64,000 nucleotides of DNA from an uncultured Gammaproteobacteria bacterium (GTDB lineage: Bacteria > Pseudomonadota > Gammaproteobacteria > Steroidobacterales > Steroidobacteraceae). Shown here in pieces: positions 46,294 to 57,327 of this stretch (position 1 is its first letter; the number at the start of each line of letters is the position of its first letter). The stretch is from positions 38,733-102,732 of the forward strand of contig CAVYAL010000004.1 of the NCBI GenBank assembly GCA_963766505.1, in the 5' to 3' direction. The notes beneath the pieces were generated by a model. The model was not told the origin of the DNA. It searched no databases and was given only the letters and a program-made list of their open reading frames with translations. Position numbers and translations under genes: made by a program.

Positions 46294-47457
46294 TCAGAGG
46301 ATGGCCTGCGGATAGGAGCCGAGGACCTTGCACAGCGATGAGTGGGCCTTGATCTCCACGAGCGCGGTGGCGAGCGGCTCCACCTGGGCATGTCCCTCGA
46401 GGTCGATGAAGAACACGTAGTGCCACCTGCGCTTGCGGGACGGTCGCGACTCGATGCGCGTCATGCTGATGCCGTGGCGCGCGAAGGGCTCCAGAAGCTG
46501 AAACAGCGCGCCGGGAGAATCCGTGTCGGCCGCAGAAACCAGTAGCGTCGTCTTGTCCCGGCCGCTCGGCGGGAACGTCTTGCGTCCGATGACCAGGAAG
46601 CGGGTCGTGTTGTCGGGACGATCCTCGATCTCGGGAAAGAGCAGGTTGAGGCCGTAGACCTCGGCTGCCGCGGTCCCGGCGATCGCAGCCGTGCCGTCTT
46701 CGTCGCGGGCACGACGCGCGCCCTCGGCATTGCTGGCAACCGGGACACGCTCGATGCCCGGAAGGTGCTCCTCCAGCCAGCCACGGCACTGCGCCAGCGC
46801 TTGCTGGTGGGCACAGACTCGGCGCACTTCCTCGAGCATCCCCATGCGGCCCATCAGATTGTGATGGATCAGCAGCTCGACCTCGCCGCAGATGTGAAGC
46901 GGCGAGCTGAGGAACATGTCCAGCGTGTTGTTGACCGTGCCCTCGCTGGAATTCTCGATAGGTACCACGCCGAAGTCCGCCGAGCCCGCTTCGACCTCGT
47001 GGAACACCTCTTCGATCGAGGTGAGCGGCAGGGCACGCACGGAATGGCCGAACTGCTTGAGCACGGCCTGCTGCGTGAAAGTGCCCTCTGGGCCCAGAAA
47101 GCCGACTTTCAGCGGCTCCTGCTGCGCCAGGCAGGCCGACATGATCTCGCGGAACAGCCGCAGGATTTCCTCGTCCCGCAACGGACCGTGCTCGCGGCGG
47201 TTGCGCTCCCGTGCGAGCCTCAGCACCTGCGCCTCGCGCTCCGGCCGGTAGAAATCCACCGTGTGGCCGTCCTGGTGCTTGGAGATGCCCACCTCCCGGG
47301 CGAGCTTCGCACGCTCGTTGATCAACCGATGCAGATCCGCATCGATCTCGTCGATCCGTTCCCTGATCGATTCGAGCTCCGGCCTGCGCGGGCCGGCCGT
47401 CGTGCCGCGCGGCCGTGCAGTCGCGCGGCGCCTCGAGGACTTCTTCGCCTTCGGCAT
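46294..47457 (-). CDS. pheA: Chorismate mutase / prephenate dehydratase (P-protein)
   Basis: LESIRERIDEIDADLHRLINERAKLA (chorismate mutase), FLGPEGTFTQQA...ENS.EGTV (prephenate dehydratase) and an ACT domain. Carries a basic ~25-aa N-terminal extension. Confidence 0.9.
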   Translation of the reverse strand: MPKAKKSSRRRATARPRGTTAGPRRPELESIRERIDEIDADLHRLINERAKLAREVGISKHQDGHTVDFYRPEREAQVLRLARERNRREHGPLRDEEILRLFREIMSACLAQQEPLKVGFLGPEGTFTQQAVLKQFGHSVRALPLTSIEEVFHEVEAGSADFGVVPIENSSEGTVNNTLDMFLSSPLHICGEVELLIHHNLMGRMGMLEEVRRVCAHQQALAQCRGWLEEHLPGIERVPVASNAEGARRARDEDGTAAIAGTAAAEVYGLNLLFPEIEDRPDNTTRFLVIGRKTFPPSGRDKTTLLVSAADTDSPGALFQLLEPFARHGISMTRIESRPSRKRRWHYVFFIDLEGHAQVEPLATALVEIKAHSSLCKVLGSYPQAIL

Positions 47458-47459
47458 GC

Positions 47460-48629
47460 TCAGACCAGCCGCGCCGCCAGCACGCCAGGGATGGCACGGA
47501 TGGACTCCAGCACCTCGGGCAGTATCAGCGCGTCCGTATCGATCAGCGTGTAGGCGATTTCGCCACGGGACTTGTTCAGCAGGTCCGCTATGTTGAGTCC
47601 GGCCTCTGCGAGGCAGGTCGAAATCTGCCCCACCATGTTCGGTACGTTCGCATTCGAGATCGCGATTCGATTCTCACCGATCCGCGGCAGTACCGACTCG
47701 GGGAAATTGACCGAATTACGCACGTTGCCGTGTTCGAGAAAATCGCGCAGTGTGTCGGCGACCATCACGGCGCAGTTCTCCTCCGCCTCGCTGGTCGAGG
47801 CGCCGAGATGCGGCAGGGCCACGACCTTCGGGTGATCCTTGATGCCCCGCGTCGGGAAGTCGCAGACATAGGCAGAGAGCTGCCCGCGATCGAGCCCGTC
47901 GAGCACCGCCGCCTCGTCGACGACAGCCGCACGGGCGAAGTTCAGGATGACACCGCCCGGACGCATCAACGCGATGCGGGCCTGGTTGACCAGGCCGCGA
48001 GTCGCATCGTTCTGCGGCACGTGCACGGTGACGAAGTCTGAGCGCGCGAACAGCTCGTCCAGGCTCCTCGCCTGCTCGACTCCGGCAGACAGCTGCCAGG
48101 CTCGCTGCACGGTGATCTGCGGATCGTGACCGAGCACCTGCATCCGCAGGCCGAGCGCCGCGTTCGCCACCTCGACCCCGATCGCGCCCAGCCCCACGAC
48201 GCCGAGCGTGCGTCCCGGCAGCTCGTGTCCACTGAACTGTTTCTTGCCGCGCTCGACCGCTTCCTCGAGCGCCTCGTCGTCGCCCTGCAGGCTGCGGACG
48301 TAACCCCAGGCCTGGCAGATGTTGCGCGAGGACAGGAACAGGGCCGCGAGCACCAGTTCCTTGACCGCGTTCGCGTTGGCGCCCGGAGCGTTGAACACGG
48401 GAATGCCGCGCGAACTGAGCTTCGCGACGGGAATGTTGTTGGTTCCCGCGCCGGCCCTTGCTACCGCGAGCACGCTCTCGGGAATCTCCATGCCGTGCAT
48501 GTCCGCCGAGCGGAGCATGATCGCGTCCGGGTGACCGATCTCCGAGGCGACCTCGTAGCGATCGCGCGGCAGACGCTCCAGGCCGCGGACCGAGATGTTG
48601 TTGAGCGTGAGGATCTTGAACGACATCAT
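47460..48629 (-). CDS. serA: D-3-phosphoglycerate dehydrogenase with C-terminal ACT domain
   Basis: GAGTNNIPV, GVVGLGAIGVEVA (NAD-binding site), HLGASTSEAE and an ACT-like tail. ATGATG start overlaps the serC stop. Confidence 0.85.
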   Translation of the reverse strand: MMSFKILTLNNISVRGLERLPRDRYEVASEIGHPDAIMLRSADMHGMEIPESVLAVARAGAGTNNIPVAKLSSRGIPVFNAPGANANAVKELVLAALFLSSRNICQAWGYVRSLQGDDEALEEAVERGKKQFSGHELPGRTLGVVGLGAIGVEVANAALGLRMQVLGHDPQITVQRAWQLSAGVEQARSLDELFARSDFVTVHVPQNDATRGLVNQARIALMRPGGVILNFARAAVVDEAAVLDGLDRGQLSAYVCDFPTRGIKDHPKVVALPHLGASTSEAEENCAVMVADTLRDFLEHGNVRNSVNFPESVLPRIGENRIAISNANVPNMVGQISTCLAEAGLNIADLLNKSRGEIAYTLIDTDALILPEVLESIRAIPGVLAARLV

Positions 48630-49708
48630 CCGTTCTTCCGCTCGAACTCCCCCATGTACCCGACCAGCGCCTCGACGCCGGCCAGCGGCATGGCATTGTA
48701 GATGCTTGCGCGCATGCCGCCCACGGAGCGATGGCCTTCGAGACTGAGCAAGCCCGCGGCGCGGGCTCCTTGCAGGAACGCTCCGTCCAGGGCCGGATCG
48801 GCCAGCGTGAACGGCACGTTCATCCAGGACCGGCAGGCGGGATCCACCGGGCTGCGGTAGAAGCCAGAGTCGTCTATCGCGCCATAGAGAAGTTCCGACT
48901 TTGCGCGATTGCGGCGCCCCATAACCTCGAGCCCACCCTGTCGCTTGACCCACTGGAATACCAGGCCTGCGACATACCAGGCGAACGTTGGCGGCGTGTT
49001 CGTCATCGAGCCATCCGCTGCCATGGCTTTCCAGTCGAGGACGGTCGGCGTATCCGCGCGAGCGCGTCCGAGCAGATCCTCACGCACGATCACCACGACC
49101 AGTCCGGCGGGACCGATGTTCTTCTGCGCCCCGGCGTAGATCACGCCGAAGCGGCTGACCTCGATCGGACGCGACAGGATCGTCGAGGACATGTCGGCCA
49201 CGAGCGGCACGTCGCCTGACTCGGGAATGAACGGGAATTCCACGCCGCCGATCGTCTCGTTCGGTGTGTAGTGCAGGTACGCGGCGCCCGGCGTGAGGCG
49301 CCAGCCGTCGCGCGCCGGGATCGAGGTATATTTGCCGTCCGCAGCGTCGGCAGCCACGTTCACGCTGCAGTAGCGCTTCGCCTCGCCGATCGCTTTCTTG
49401 GACCAGGCCCCGGTGTTCAGATAATCCGCCGTGGCATCGGCTGCCGACAGGTTCATCGGTACGCCGGCGAATTGGCCGGTCGCCCCGCCCTGCATGAACA
49501 GAACTCGGTAATCGTCCGGCACGGCAAGCAGTTCTCGCAGGTCGGCCTCCGCCTGGGCCGCGATCCCGGTGAACGCCTTGCCGCGATGGCTCATCTCCAT
49601 CACGGACATGCCGTGCTCATGCCAGTCGAGCATTTCGTCGCGGATCTGCTCGAGGACCTCGACCGGCAGCGCCGCGGGGCCCGCGCTGAAGTTGAATACA
49701 CGCGTCAT
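48626..49708 (-). CDS. serC: Phosphoserine aminotransferase
   Basis: MTRVFNFSAGPAALP..., EMSHRGK, GAQKNIGPAGL. Confidence 0.95.
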   Translation of the reverse strand: MTRVFNFSAGPAALPVEVLEQIRDEMLDWHEHGMSVMEMSHRGKAFTGIAAQAEADLRELLAVPDDYRVLFMQGGATGQFAGVPMNLSAADATADYLNTGAWSKKAIGEAKRYCSVNVAADAADGKYTSIPARDGWRLTPGAAYLHYTPNETIGGVEFPFIPESGDVPLVADMSSTILSRPIEVSRFGVIYAGAQKNIGPAGLVVVIVREDLLGRARADTPTVLDWKAMAADGSMTNTPPTFAWYVAGLVFQWVKRQGGLEVMGRRNRAKSELLYGAIDDSGFYRSPVDPACRSWMNVPFTLADPALDGAFLQGARAAGLLSLEGHRSVGGMRASIYNAMPLAGVEALVGYMGEFERKNG

Positions 49709-49792
49709 GGTTCAGGGATTCCGGATAATTTTGCAGCGCAGTCTATCAGGCGGACGGCGCTCCAGGCCCGACCAGGCGTGCGCGCGCGTGGC

Positions 49793-52393
49793 TCAGTCGG
49801 CCCCGGGCTGGTCCGTCGCGGCGTCTGCCGCGCCTTCGGCCGCCCCGTCGCCATCCTCCCCGTCGCTCTCCGGTTCCACGGTCACCACGCCCATCAGCTG
49901 CTCGCCGTCGTCCAGACGGATCAGCCGCACGCCCTGGGTATTGCGTCCGAGCACGGAGATCTCCGAGGTTCGGGTCCGTACCAGCGTCCCGCTCGAACTC
50001 ATCAGCATCAGCTCGTCCGAGGCTGCAACCTGGGTTGCAGCCACCAGACGACCGTTGCGCTCCGTCGTCTGCATCCCGATGACGCCCTGCCCTCCCCGGC
50101 CGTGGCTGGGAAATTCCGTGACGGGAGTGAGCTTGCCGTAACCGTTCTCGGACGCGGTGAGTATCAGCCCGTCCGGATCGGGGATGATCAACGAGATCAC
50201 AGCGTCGCCTTCCGGCAGACGAATCCCCCGGACGCCCGCGGCCGTCCGCCCCATCGGACGAACATCCTGCTCGGAGAAGCGGATCGCCTTGCCGCCGGCA
50301 GAGCAGAGCATCACGTCGCTCAGCCCGTCGGTGATGGCCACGCCCACTAGTTCATCGCCCTCGTCGAGGCCGACCGCGATGATGCCTGCCGTGCGCGGCC
50401 GCGAGAAGGCGGACAGCGGCGTCTTCTTCACGACGCCACCGGAGGTGGCCATGAAGACGAATCGCTCTTCCTCGAACTCGCGGATCGGCAGCACGGCGGT
50501 GATGCGCTCGCCGTCCCGCAACGGCAGCAGGTTCACGATGGGCTTGCCGCGCGAACTGCGGCCCGCCTGCGGAAGCCGGTAGACCTTGAGCCAGAAGACC
50601 TGGCCACGGCTCGAGAAACACAGCAGCGTGTCGTGGGTGTTCGCTACGAACAGCGTCTCGACGAAGTCCTCGTCCTTGACCGCCGTCGCAGCCTTGCCGC
50701 GACCGCCGCGCCCCTGGGCGCGATATTCGCTGACGGGCTGGGCCTTGGCGTAGCCGCCGTGCGAGAGCGTGACCACGACGTCCTGTGGGGTGATCAGGTC
50801 CTCGATGGTCAGGTCGGATTCATCCTGCTCGATGCGCGTCCGTCGCTCATCGCCGTACTGTTCGCGGATCTCGATCAGCTCCTGGCGAATCACGGACGTG
50901 AGCCGTTCCCTGCGCGCGAGGATGTCGCCGAGGTCATTTATCGTGTCGAGCAACTGGCCGTACTCGGCCAGGATCTTGTCCTGCTCGAGCCCGGTGAGGC
51001 GATGCAGGCGCAGATCGAGGATCGCCTGGGCCTGGGTATCGGACAACCGGTAGCCTTCGGGCCCGAGACCCACCTGCTCGTCCAGTCCCTCGGGCCGGAC
51101 GGACACCGAGCCGACGCGCTCCAGCATCTGGGGCACCATGCCCGACTTCCACACGCGTCCGAGGAGGCCCGCCTTGGCATCGGCGGGGGTCGCGGCTGCC
51201 CGGATCAGCGCGATCACCTCGTCGAGGTTGGCCAGCGCGACCGCGAGGCCTTCCAGGACGTGGGCGCGCTCGCGGGCCTTGCGCAGCTCGAAGACCGTGC
51301 GCCGGGTAACGATCTCGCGGCGGTGCCGCAGGAACGCCTCTAGCAGGTCCTTGAGGTTCAGCAGCCGCGGCTGGCCGTCCTGCAGCGCGACGATGTTGAT
51401 GCCGAACACCGACTCCATCGGGGTCTGCTTGTAGAGGTTGTTGAGGACGATCTCCGCAACCTCGCCGCGCTTGAGCTCGATCACGACGCGCATGCCGTCC
51501 TTGTCGGACTCGTCGCGCAATTCCGAAATGCCCTCGATGTGCTTGCCGCGCACCAGGTCTGCGATCCGCTCCAGCAGCCGCGCCTTGTTCACCTGGTATG
51601 GAAGCTCGGTGACGATGATCGCTTCGCGACCCGAGTGGTCGATTTCCTCGACCTCGGTCTTCGCCCGGACCAGAAGACGGCCCCGGCCGGTGGTGTAGGC
51701 GCTGTAGATCTCCCGCGCGCCGTTGATGATCCCGGCGGTCGGGAAGTCCGGGCCCGGCACGTGCTCCATCAGTTCCGGGATCGTGATCTCTGGGTTGTCG
51801 ATCAGCGCGATGCAGGCGTTCACCACCTCGGTCAGGTTGTGCGGCGGTATGTTCGTCGCCATCCCGACGGCGATGCCCGAGGAGCCGTTGACGAGCAGGT
51901 TCGGAACGCGGGTCGGCAGCACGGACGGCTCGTGCTCGGACTCGTCGTAGTTCGGGACGAAGTCCACCGTCTCCTTGTCGATGTCCGCGAGCAGCTCGGC
52001 GGCGATGCGCGACATGCGCACCTCCGTGTAACGCATCGCGGCCGGAGCGTCGCCGTCGACCGAGCCGAAGTTGCCCTGGCCGTCGACGAGCATGTAGCGC
52101 ATCGAGAAGGGCTGCGCCATGCGTACGATGGTGTCGTACACGGCGGTATCGCCGTGCGGGTGGTACTTGCCGATCACGTCGCCGACGACGCGGGCCGACT
52201 TCTTGTAGGGCTTGTTCCACTCGTTGCCGAGTTCCCGCATCGCGTACAGCACCCGGCGATGCACCGGCTTCAGGCCGTCACGGATGTCCGGCAGCGCGCG
52301 TCCCACGATCACGCTCATTGCGTAATCGAGGTAGGACTGCTTCATCTCGTCCTCGAGGTTGACGTGCAGGATTTCTCGAGCGATTTCGGCCAT
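49793..52393 (-). CDS. gyrA: DNA gyrase subunit A
   Basis: [36 protein letters not shown]..., [19 protein letters not shown]-terminal beta-pinwheel and acidic tail. Confidence 0.97.
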   Translation of the reverse strand: MAEIAREILHVNLEDEMKQSYLDYAMSVIVGRALPDIRDGLKPVHRRVLYAMRELGNEWNKPYKKSARVVGDVIGKYHPHGDTAVYDTIVRMAQPFSMRYMLVDGQGNFGSVDGDAPAAMRYTEVRMSRIAAELLADIDKETVDFVPNYDESEHEPSVLPTRVPNLLVNGSSGIAVGMATNIPPHNLTEVVNACIALIDNPEITIPELMEHVPGPDFPTAGIINGAREIYSAYTTGRGRLLVRAKTEVEEIDHSGREAIIVTELPYQVNKARLLERIADLVRGKHIEGISELRDESDKDGMRVVIELKRGEVAEIVLNNLYKQTPMESVFGINIVALQDGQPRLLNLKDLLEAFLRHRREIVTRRTVFELRKARERAHVLEGLAVALANLDEVIALIRAAATPADAKAGLLGRVWKSGMVPQMLERVGSVSVRPEGLDEQVGLGPEGYRLSDTQAQAILDLRLHRLTGLEQDKILAEYGQLLDTINDLGDILARRERLTSVIRQELIEIREQYGDERRTRIEQDESDLTIEDLITPQDVVVTLSHGGYAKAQPVSEYRAQGRGGRGKAATAVKDEDFVETLFVANTHDTLLCFSSRGQVFWLKVYRLPQAGRSSRGKPIVNLLPLRDGERITAVLPIREFEEERFVFMATSGGVVKKTPLSAFSRPRTAGIIAVGLDEGDELVGVAITDGLSDVMLCSAGGKAIRFSEQDVRPMGRTAAGVRGIRLPEGDAVISLIIPDPDGLILTASENGYGKLTPVTEFPSHGRGGQGVIGMQTTERNGRLVAATQVAASDELMLMSSSGTLVRTRTSEISVLGRNTQGVRLIRLDDGEQLMGVVTVEPESDGEDGDGAAEGAADAATDQPGAD

Positions 52394-52530
52394 GGCGCAA
52401 CGATCCCGGGGCCCGGCGGATACCGGGTAAAAAAGACCCCGAATATTAACACAGAGGGGCACCGTGACCGAGGTGCCGGAGACTCTTCGGCTGACGGGCC
52501 ACAGCCTCGAGCCGCTATACTTGCTGCCCT

Positions 52531-53895
52531 TTGCGCGCCCCTTGCCCGATGGAGCCAGTCGACACGCTGATACTCGCTCGCTGGGTCCTGCCGATGGAAC
52601 CGGACGGACGGGTGCTCGATGACCACGCCGTCGCCGTCCGCGGCGGGCGGATCGTCGCCGTGCTGCCGACTCCCGAGGCCCGGCGACGGTTCGAGGCCGG
52701 CCAGGTGCACGAGCGCCCCACCCACGCATTGTTGCCGGGTCTCGTCAATGCGCATACACACTCGGCGATGGCCCTGCTCCGCGGACGCGCGGAAAACCTC
52801 CGCCTCGGACCCTGGCTGCAGGAAACGGTCTCGCCGCTCGAACGGCGCTGGGCCGACCCGGAATACGTGCGCGACGGCACGGAGCTGGCGATTGCCGAGA
52901 TGCTGCGAGGCGGCATCACATGTTTCGCCGACCCCCAGCTGTGGCCCGAGGTCGTCGCCCGGACGGCCGCCGAGCTGCACGTTCGAGTCAGCGTAGGCCT
53001 GTACGTCACGGAGTCCGCGACCAGTTGGGCATCGACGCCGGACGAGCACATCGAAAAGGGAATGCGCCTGCGCGATGAGTATCGCGGGGATCCGCTGGTC
53101 AGCACTCACCTGGCAATTCCGCCGGCGCACGAGCTATCCGACGCAACCCTCAAGAGGGTGAGGCGTCTCGCGGACGAGCTTGAACTGCCCGTGGCAGTCC
53201 CGCTCCACGAGGCCGCCTGGGAGGTCGAACGGAGCGTCCAGGAATCCGGTCGCCGCCCTCTCGCCCGGCTGGCCGAACTCGGCTACGCGAGTCCGCTGCT
53301 GGTCGCAGTCCACTTTACACATACGGAACCAGGCGACATTGAACTGCTGGCCCGGGCCGGCGCCGCGGTCATTCACTGCCCGGAGTCCGACCTGAAGCTC
53401 GGCAACGGCGTCTGCCCGCTGCCGAGCCTGCTCGGTCACGGCGTAACCGTCGCACTCGGCACGGACCGCCCTGCCGCTAACAACGACCTCGACGTACTGG
53501 GCGAAGCGCGCACTGCCGGTCTGCTCTCCAGCGGGGTCTCCGCAGGCCCCGGCAGCGTCGTGGCCACGGACCTGCTGCGGATGGCTACGCTGGAGGGAGC
53601 CCGGGTGCTTGGACTTTCCGAGGCGACTGGCAGCCTGTTGCCTGGCAAGTGGGCCGACCTGTGCTGCATCAACCTGATCAACCCGCGCAGCTGGCCGGTG
53701 CACGAGGTCGCAGCCGCGCTGGTGTACTCGGTCACGTCCGCGCAGGTCAGCGATACCTGGGTCGCGGGACGGCGCGTCTACGGCGACGGTCGCCTGCCGT
53801 ACCTGAACGAGCAGGAGATACTGTCGCGCGCCGAGGGCTGGCGGCGCAGACTCCAGTCCGCGGCGGAAGCCCCGCCGGAGCCCGGCCATGACTAA
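52531..53895 (+). CDS. Amidohydrolase, MtaD-like 5'-methylthioadenosine/S-adenosylhomocysteine deaminase (TRZ/ATZ family)
   Basis: [32 protein letters not shown]. Alternative start at ATG 52549. Confidence 0.8.
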   Translation: MRAPCPMEPVDTLILARWVLPMEPDGRVLDDHAVAVRGGRIVAVLPTPEARRRFEAGQVHERPTHALLPGLVNAHTHSAMALLRGRAENLRLGPWLQETVSPLERRWADPEYVRDGTELAIAEMLRGGITCFADPQLWPEVVARTAAELHVRVSVGLYVTESATSWASTPDEHIEKGMRLRDEYRGDPLVSTHLAIPPAHELSDATLKRVRRLADELELPVAVPLHEAAWEVERSVQESGRRPLARLAELGYASPLLVAVHFTHTEPGDIELLARAGAAVIHCPESDLKLGNGVCPLPSLLGHGVTVALGTDRPAANNDLDVLGEARTAGLLSSGVSAGPGSVVATDLLRMATLEGARVLGLSEATGSLLPGKWADLCCINLINPRSWPVHEVAAALVYSVTSAQVSDTWVAGRRVYGDGRLPYLNEQEILSRAEGWRRRLQSAAEAPPEPGHD

Positions 53896-54607
53896 CTACG
53901 ATCCCGCCGAGATCTCGCGGTTCGAGGCCGCCGCCAGCCGCTGGTGGGATCCGGAAGGGGAAATGAGGCCGCTTCACGACCTGAACCCCATTCGACTGGC
54001 CTACGTCGAGCGCTCCGGACCGCTGGCGGGACGTGCGGTCGTGGACGTCGGCTGCGGCGGGGGACTGCTGGCTGAAGCAATGGCACGCAAGCGTGCCCGT
54101 GTGACCGGCATCGACCTGGCCGCCGAGGTGCTGGAGGTGGCCAGGCTGCATGCTCTGCAGCAGGACGTCCCGCTCGAGTATCTGCTGGTGTCTGCCGAGG
54201 AACTCGCCGCCGATCGCGCGGGCCAGTTTGACGTGGCCACATGCATGGAAATGCTCGAGCACGTTCCCGACCCGGCATCTGTGGTCGGGGCGCTCGCGCG
54301 CCTGGTACGGCCAGGCGGAGAAGTGTTCGTTTCCACGCTCAACCGCACGCCCCGGGCCTACCTTCGTGCCGTACTCGGGGCGGAATACCTGCTGCGGCTC
54401 CTGCCTGCGGGAACACACAGCTACGAGAAGTTCATCCGTCCCTCTGAGCTCGCAGCCTGGGCGAAGGCCGCCGGTCTCACGGTGCTGGGCATCGCCGGGA
54501 TCGACTACGATCCGTTCCTGCGCAGCGCGGCGCTGAACGCCGACGCACGGGTCAACTACCTGATGCACCTCGGCAAGCCCGGCGGTCGCACGAGGGACCC
54601 GGATTGA
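53888..54607 (+). CDS. ubiG: Bifunctional 3-demethylubiquinone / 2-polyprenyl-6-hydroxyphenol O-methyltransferase
   Basis: FEAAASRWWDPEGEMRPLHDLNPIRL, VVDVGCGGGLLAE, FDVATCMEMLEHVPDP. Confidence 0.93.
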   Translation: MTNYDPAEISRFEAAASRWWDPEGEMRPLHDLNPIRLAYVERSGPLAGRAVVDVGCGGGLLAEAMARKRARVTGIDLAAEVLEVARLHALQQDVPLEYLLVSAEELAADRAGQFDVATCMEMLEHVPDPASVVGALARLVRPGGEVFVSTLNRTPRAYLRAVLGAEYLLRLLPAGTHSYEKFIRPSELAAWAKAAGLTVLGIAGIDYDPFLRSAALNADARVNYLMHLGKPGGRTRDPD

Positions 54608-55290
54608 GCAGGTTTTCCGCGCTGCTGCTGGACCTCGACGGCACGCTGCTCGATACGGCGCCGGACATGGGCGCCGCACTCAACCGACTGCGGGTCGAGC
54701 ACGGGCGGCATGCGCTGCCGCAAGACCGGATACGGCCCATCGTGTCGCATGGCGCAGCCCGCCTGGTGAAGCTGGGCTTCCCGGAAGCGGACGCTGAGGA
54801 ATTCGAACGGCTCCGCCGCCGGTTCCTGGAACTCTATTCGCAGAACCTCGCCGAGCACTCCCGGCTGTTCCCGGACCTCGATCCGCTGCTCGCGGGACTC
54901 GAGCGCTGCGGGATGCCCTGGGGAATCGTCACTAACAAGCCAGGCTGGCTCACCGATCCGTTGCTGGCGAGCCTCGGCATCGACCTGCGCGCAAGCTGCG
55001 TCGTAAGTGGCGACACCGTCGCCGAACGCAAACCACACCCGCTGCCGCTGCTGCATGCCGCGTCGCTGATCGGCGTGGAGCCCGCCCGCTGCGTGTACGT
55101 GGGCGACGCCGAGCGGGACATCCAGGCCGGGCGCGCCGCTGGCATGTTCACCGTCGTTGCCGCCTATGGCTATATCAGCGACGAAGACGACCCGCAGAGC
55201 TGGCAGGCCGCCGCCATCGCCAGGGAGCCGGCGGAAATCGGCGCCTGGCTGCACGGGTGGCCGCGCCCCCCCGCCGGAGACGGCGCGTGA
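54604..55290 (+). CDS. HAD-IA phosphatase (phosphoglycolate phosphatase Gph / MupP-like)
   Basis: ALLLDLDGTLLDT, VTNKP, VGDAERDIQAGRAAGM. Confidence 0.8.
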   Translation: MSRFSALLLDLDGTLLDTAPDMGAALNRLRVEHGRHALPQDRIRPIVSHGAARLVKLGFPEADAEEFERLRRRFLELYSQNLAEHSRLFPDLDPLLAGLERCGMPWGIVTNKPGWLTDPLLASLGIDLRASCVVSGDTVAERKPHPLPLLHAASLIGVEPARCVYVGDAERDIQAGRAAGMFTVVAAYGYISDEDDPQSWQAAAIAREPAEIGAWLHGWPRPPAGDGA

Positions 55291-56579
55291 CGCTCGGTTC
55301 TCCTCAACTCGTCCCGCTGCTGCTGGTGTTGGTGCTTGCAGCCGGGCTGCTGACCGGATGGCTGGTGGGACGGCGCAGGGTTCATGCGCTGGAACTGGAA
55401 CTCGCCGCCGCGCGGGCCGAGAGCCGCTCACAGGAGGAACTCGCGACCGAGCGCGAGAGGTCGCTGCAGCTTGCGCTGGAGCGACTGAAGGGCGGATTCG
55501 ACGCGGTCGCGGGCCAGGCCCTGCGCAGCAACAACGAGACCTTCCTGCAGGTAGCGCGCCAGGTGCTGGGCCAGCAGCAGGAAACAGCGCTTCGTAACCT
55601 CGTCGACCGTGAGAAAGCCGTCGAATCCATGCTCTCGCCGGTCAGGGAGGCGCTGGCCCGCACGCACGAGCAGATTGCACGCATCGAGAAGGAGCGCGCG
55701 GAGAGCTTCGGCGCGCTGCGCAGCTCGATCGAGAACGTCGCGCTCGGGCAACTCGCCCTGCAGAAGGAAACGCGCAGCCTGGTCACGGCACTGCGTCGTC
55801 CCGAGGTGCGCGGGCAATGGGGGGAAATGACGTTGCGGCGGCTAGTGGAACTCGCCGGCATGGTCGAGCACTGCGACTTCGTCGAGCAGGTTCACGTGCA
55901 GGGCGAGGAAGGCGCCCTGCGCCCCGACATGATCGTGAACATGCCGCACGGCCGCCAGCTGGTGGTGGACGTCAAGACGCCGCTGGACGCCTACCTGTCG
56001 GCCGCGGAGGCGACCAGCGAGGAAGAGCGGCTGGTCGCGGTCCGGCGGCATGCCCAGGCCGTCCAGGAACGCGTGCGCCAGCTGGCCCAGAAGGCGTACT
56101 GGTCCCAGTTCGAGCAGAGTCCCGACTTCGTCGTGCTGTTCATTCCCGGCGACCAGTTCCTCTCCGCCGCGGTCGGGGAGATCCCGTCGCTGCTCGAGGA
56201 CGCCATACGCCAGCAGGTCATCATCGCGACGCCGTCGAGCTTCGTCGCGCTGCTCAAAGCCGTGGCATACGGCTGGCGGCAGGACCAGCTCGCGGAGAAC
56301 GCGGCTCGCATCCAGGAACTCGGCGAGGACCTCTACAAGCGGCTCGCTACCTTCAGTGGCTACCTGGCACGCATCGGCAGGTCGCTCGGCCAGAGTGTCG
56401 ATGCGTACAACAGCGCCGTCGGCTCGCTCGAGAGACAGGTGCTGCCGGGCGCCCGGAAGTTCACCGAGCTAGGATTGCGTCCGAGGCGCGACATCGAGGA
56501 ACTGCCGACCGTGGACAAGCTGACGCGCAGCCTGCGCGAGGGCGACACGGACGAGGATTCCCCCCAGCATGATCAGTGA
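55287..56579 (+). CDS. rmuC: DNA recombination protein RmuC
   Basis: N-terminal TM helix, coiled coil, and the RmuC nuclease-like C-terminus (WGEMTLRRLVELAGM...DFVVLFIPGD). GTG 55287 overlaps the preceding stop; the ORF is open from 55257. Confidence 0.88.
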   Translation: MTLGSPQLVPLLLVLVLAAGLLTGWLVGRRRVHALELELAAARAESRSQEELATERERSLQLALERLKGGFDAVAGQALRSNNETFLQVARQVLGQQQETALRNLVDREKAVESMLSPVREALARTHEQIARIEKERAESFGALRSSIENVALGQLALQKETRSLVTALRRPEVRGQWGEMTLRRLVELAGMVEHCDFVEQVHVQGEEGALRPDMIVNMPHGRQLVVDVKTPLDAYLSAAEATSEEERLVAVRRHAQAVQERVRQLAQKAYWSQFEQSPDFVVLFIPGDQFLSAAVGEIPSLLEDAIRQQVIIATPSSFVALLKAVAYGWRQDQLAENAARIQELGEDLYKRLATFSGYLARIGRSLGQSVDAYNSAVGSLERQVLPGARKFTELGLRPRRDIEELPTVDKLTRSLREGDTDEDSPQHDQ

Positions 56580-57327
56580 GGCAGAGGTCCGCGCGTATCG
56601 GCCGCAGGCGGATTCGCTGGCGGAACGCGTCGTCCTGATCACCGGAGCGAGTGGTGGAATCGGCAGTGCGCTGGCGCGCGCCTGCGCAGCCCTCGGCGCC
56701 CGGGTCCTGCTTTGCGGCCGGAAGGTCGGCCCGCTCGAGCGAATCTACGACGAGATCGTTGCCAGCGGCGCACCAAGGCCGTCCATTGCACCGATGGATT
56801 TCGAAACGGCCGACGCCGGACAATATTCGTCGCTCGCCGACGCCGTGCGCGGCGAGTTCGGCCGGCTAGACGGCCTCGTGCACTGCGCGGGACTGCTCGG
56901 TGAGCTTGCGCCGATCGAGCATTACGACGTGGTCACCTGGCTGAAGGTGATGCACGTGAACGTGAACGCTCCTTTCATACTCACTCGCACTTTGCTGCCG
57001 CTGCTGCGCGCATCGAGCGATGCGTCGGTGATATTCACGGGCAGCGGGGTGTCGGTTCGAGGCCGTGCCTACTGGGGCGCATACGCCGCGTCGAAATTCG
57101 CGATCGAGGGCATGATGCAGGTCCTGTCCGACGAGACCGACACGCTGACGACGATAAGGGTCAACAGCGTCAATCCCGGCAAGACCAGGACCCGGATGCG
57201 GGCCAAGGCCTACCCGGGCGAGGATCCGGCGACGCTCCCCGAGCCCACTGAAGTGCTTGCGCCGTACCTGTTCCTGCTCGGAGCAGCGAGCGAAGGCGTC
57301 ACTGGGCAGCGCTTCAACGCCCAGTAG
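56569..57327 (+). CDS. Short-chain dehydrogenase/reductase, YciK-like
   Basis: VLITGASGGIGSALA and YAASKFAIEG (YxxxK). Confidence 0.8.
   Translation: MISEAEVRAYRPQADSLAERVVLITGASGGIGSALARACAALGARVLLCGRKVGPLERIYDEIVASGAPRPSIAPMDFETADAGQYSSLADAVRGEFGRLDGLVHCAGLLGELAPIEHYDVVTWLKVMHVNVNAPFILTRTLLPLLRASSDASVIFTGSGVSVRGRAYWGAYAASKFAIEGMMQVLSDETDTLTTIRVNSVNPGKTRTRMRAKAYPGEDPATLPEPTEVLAPYLFLLGAASEGVTGQRFNAQ

Noticed and set aside
52133-52147. A fluoroquinolone-resistance signature in the gyrA QRDR.
   Set aside because: The motif reads [11 protein letters not shown] (Thr83/Asp87 equivalents). This is the wild-type state in many non-enteric gammaproteobacteria.
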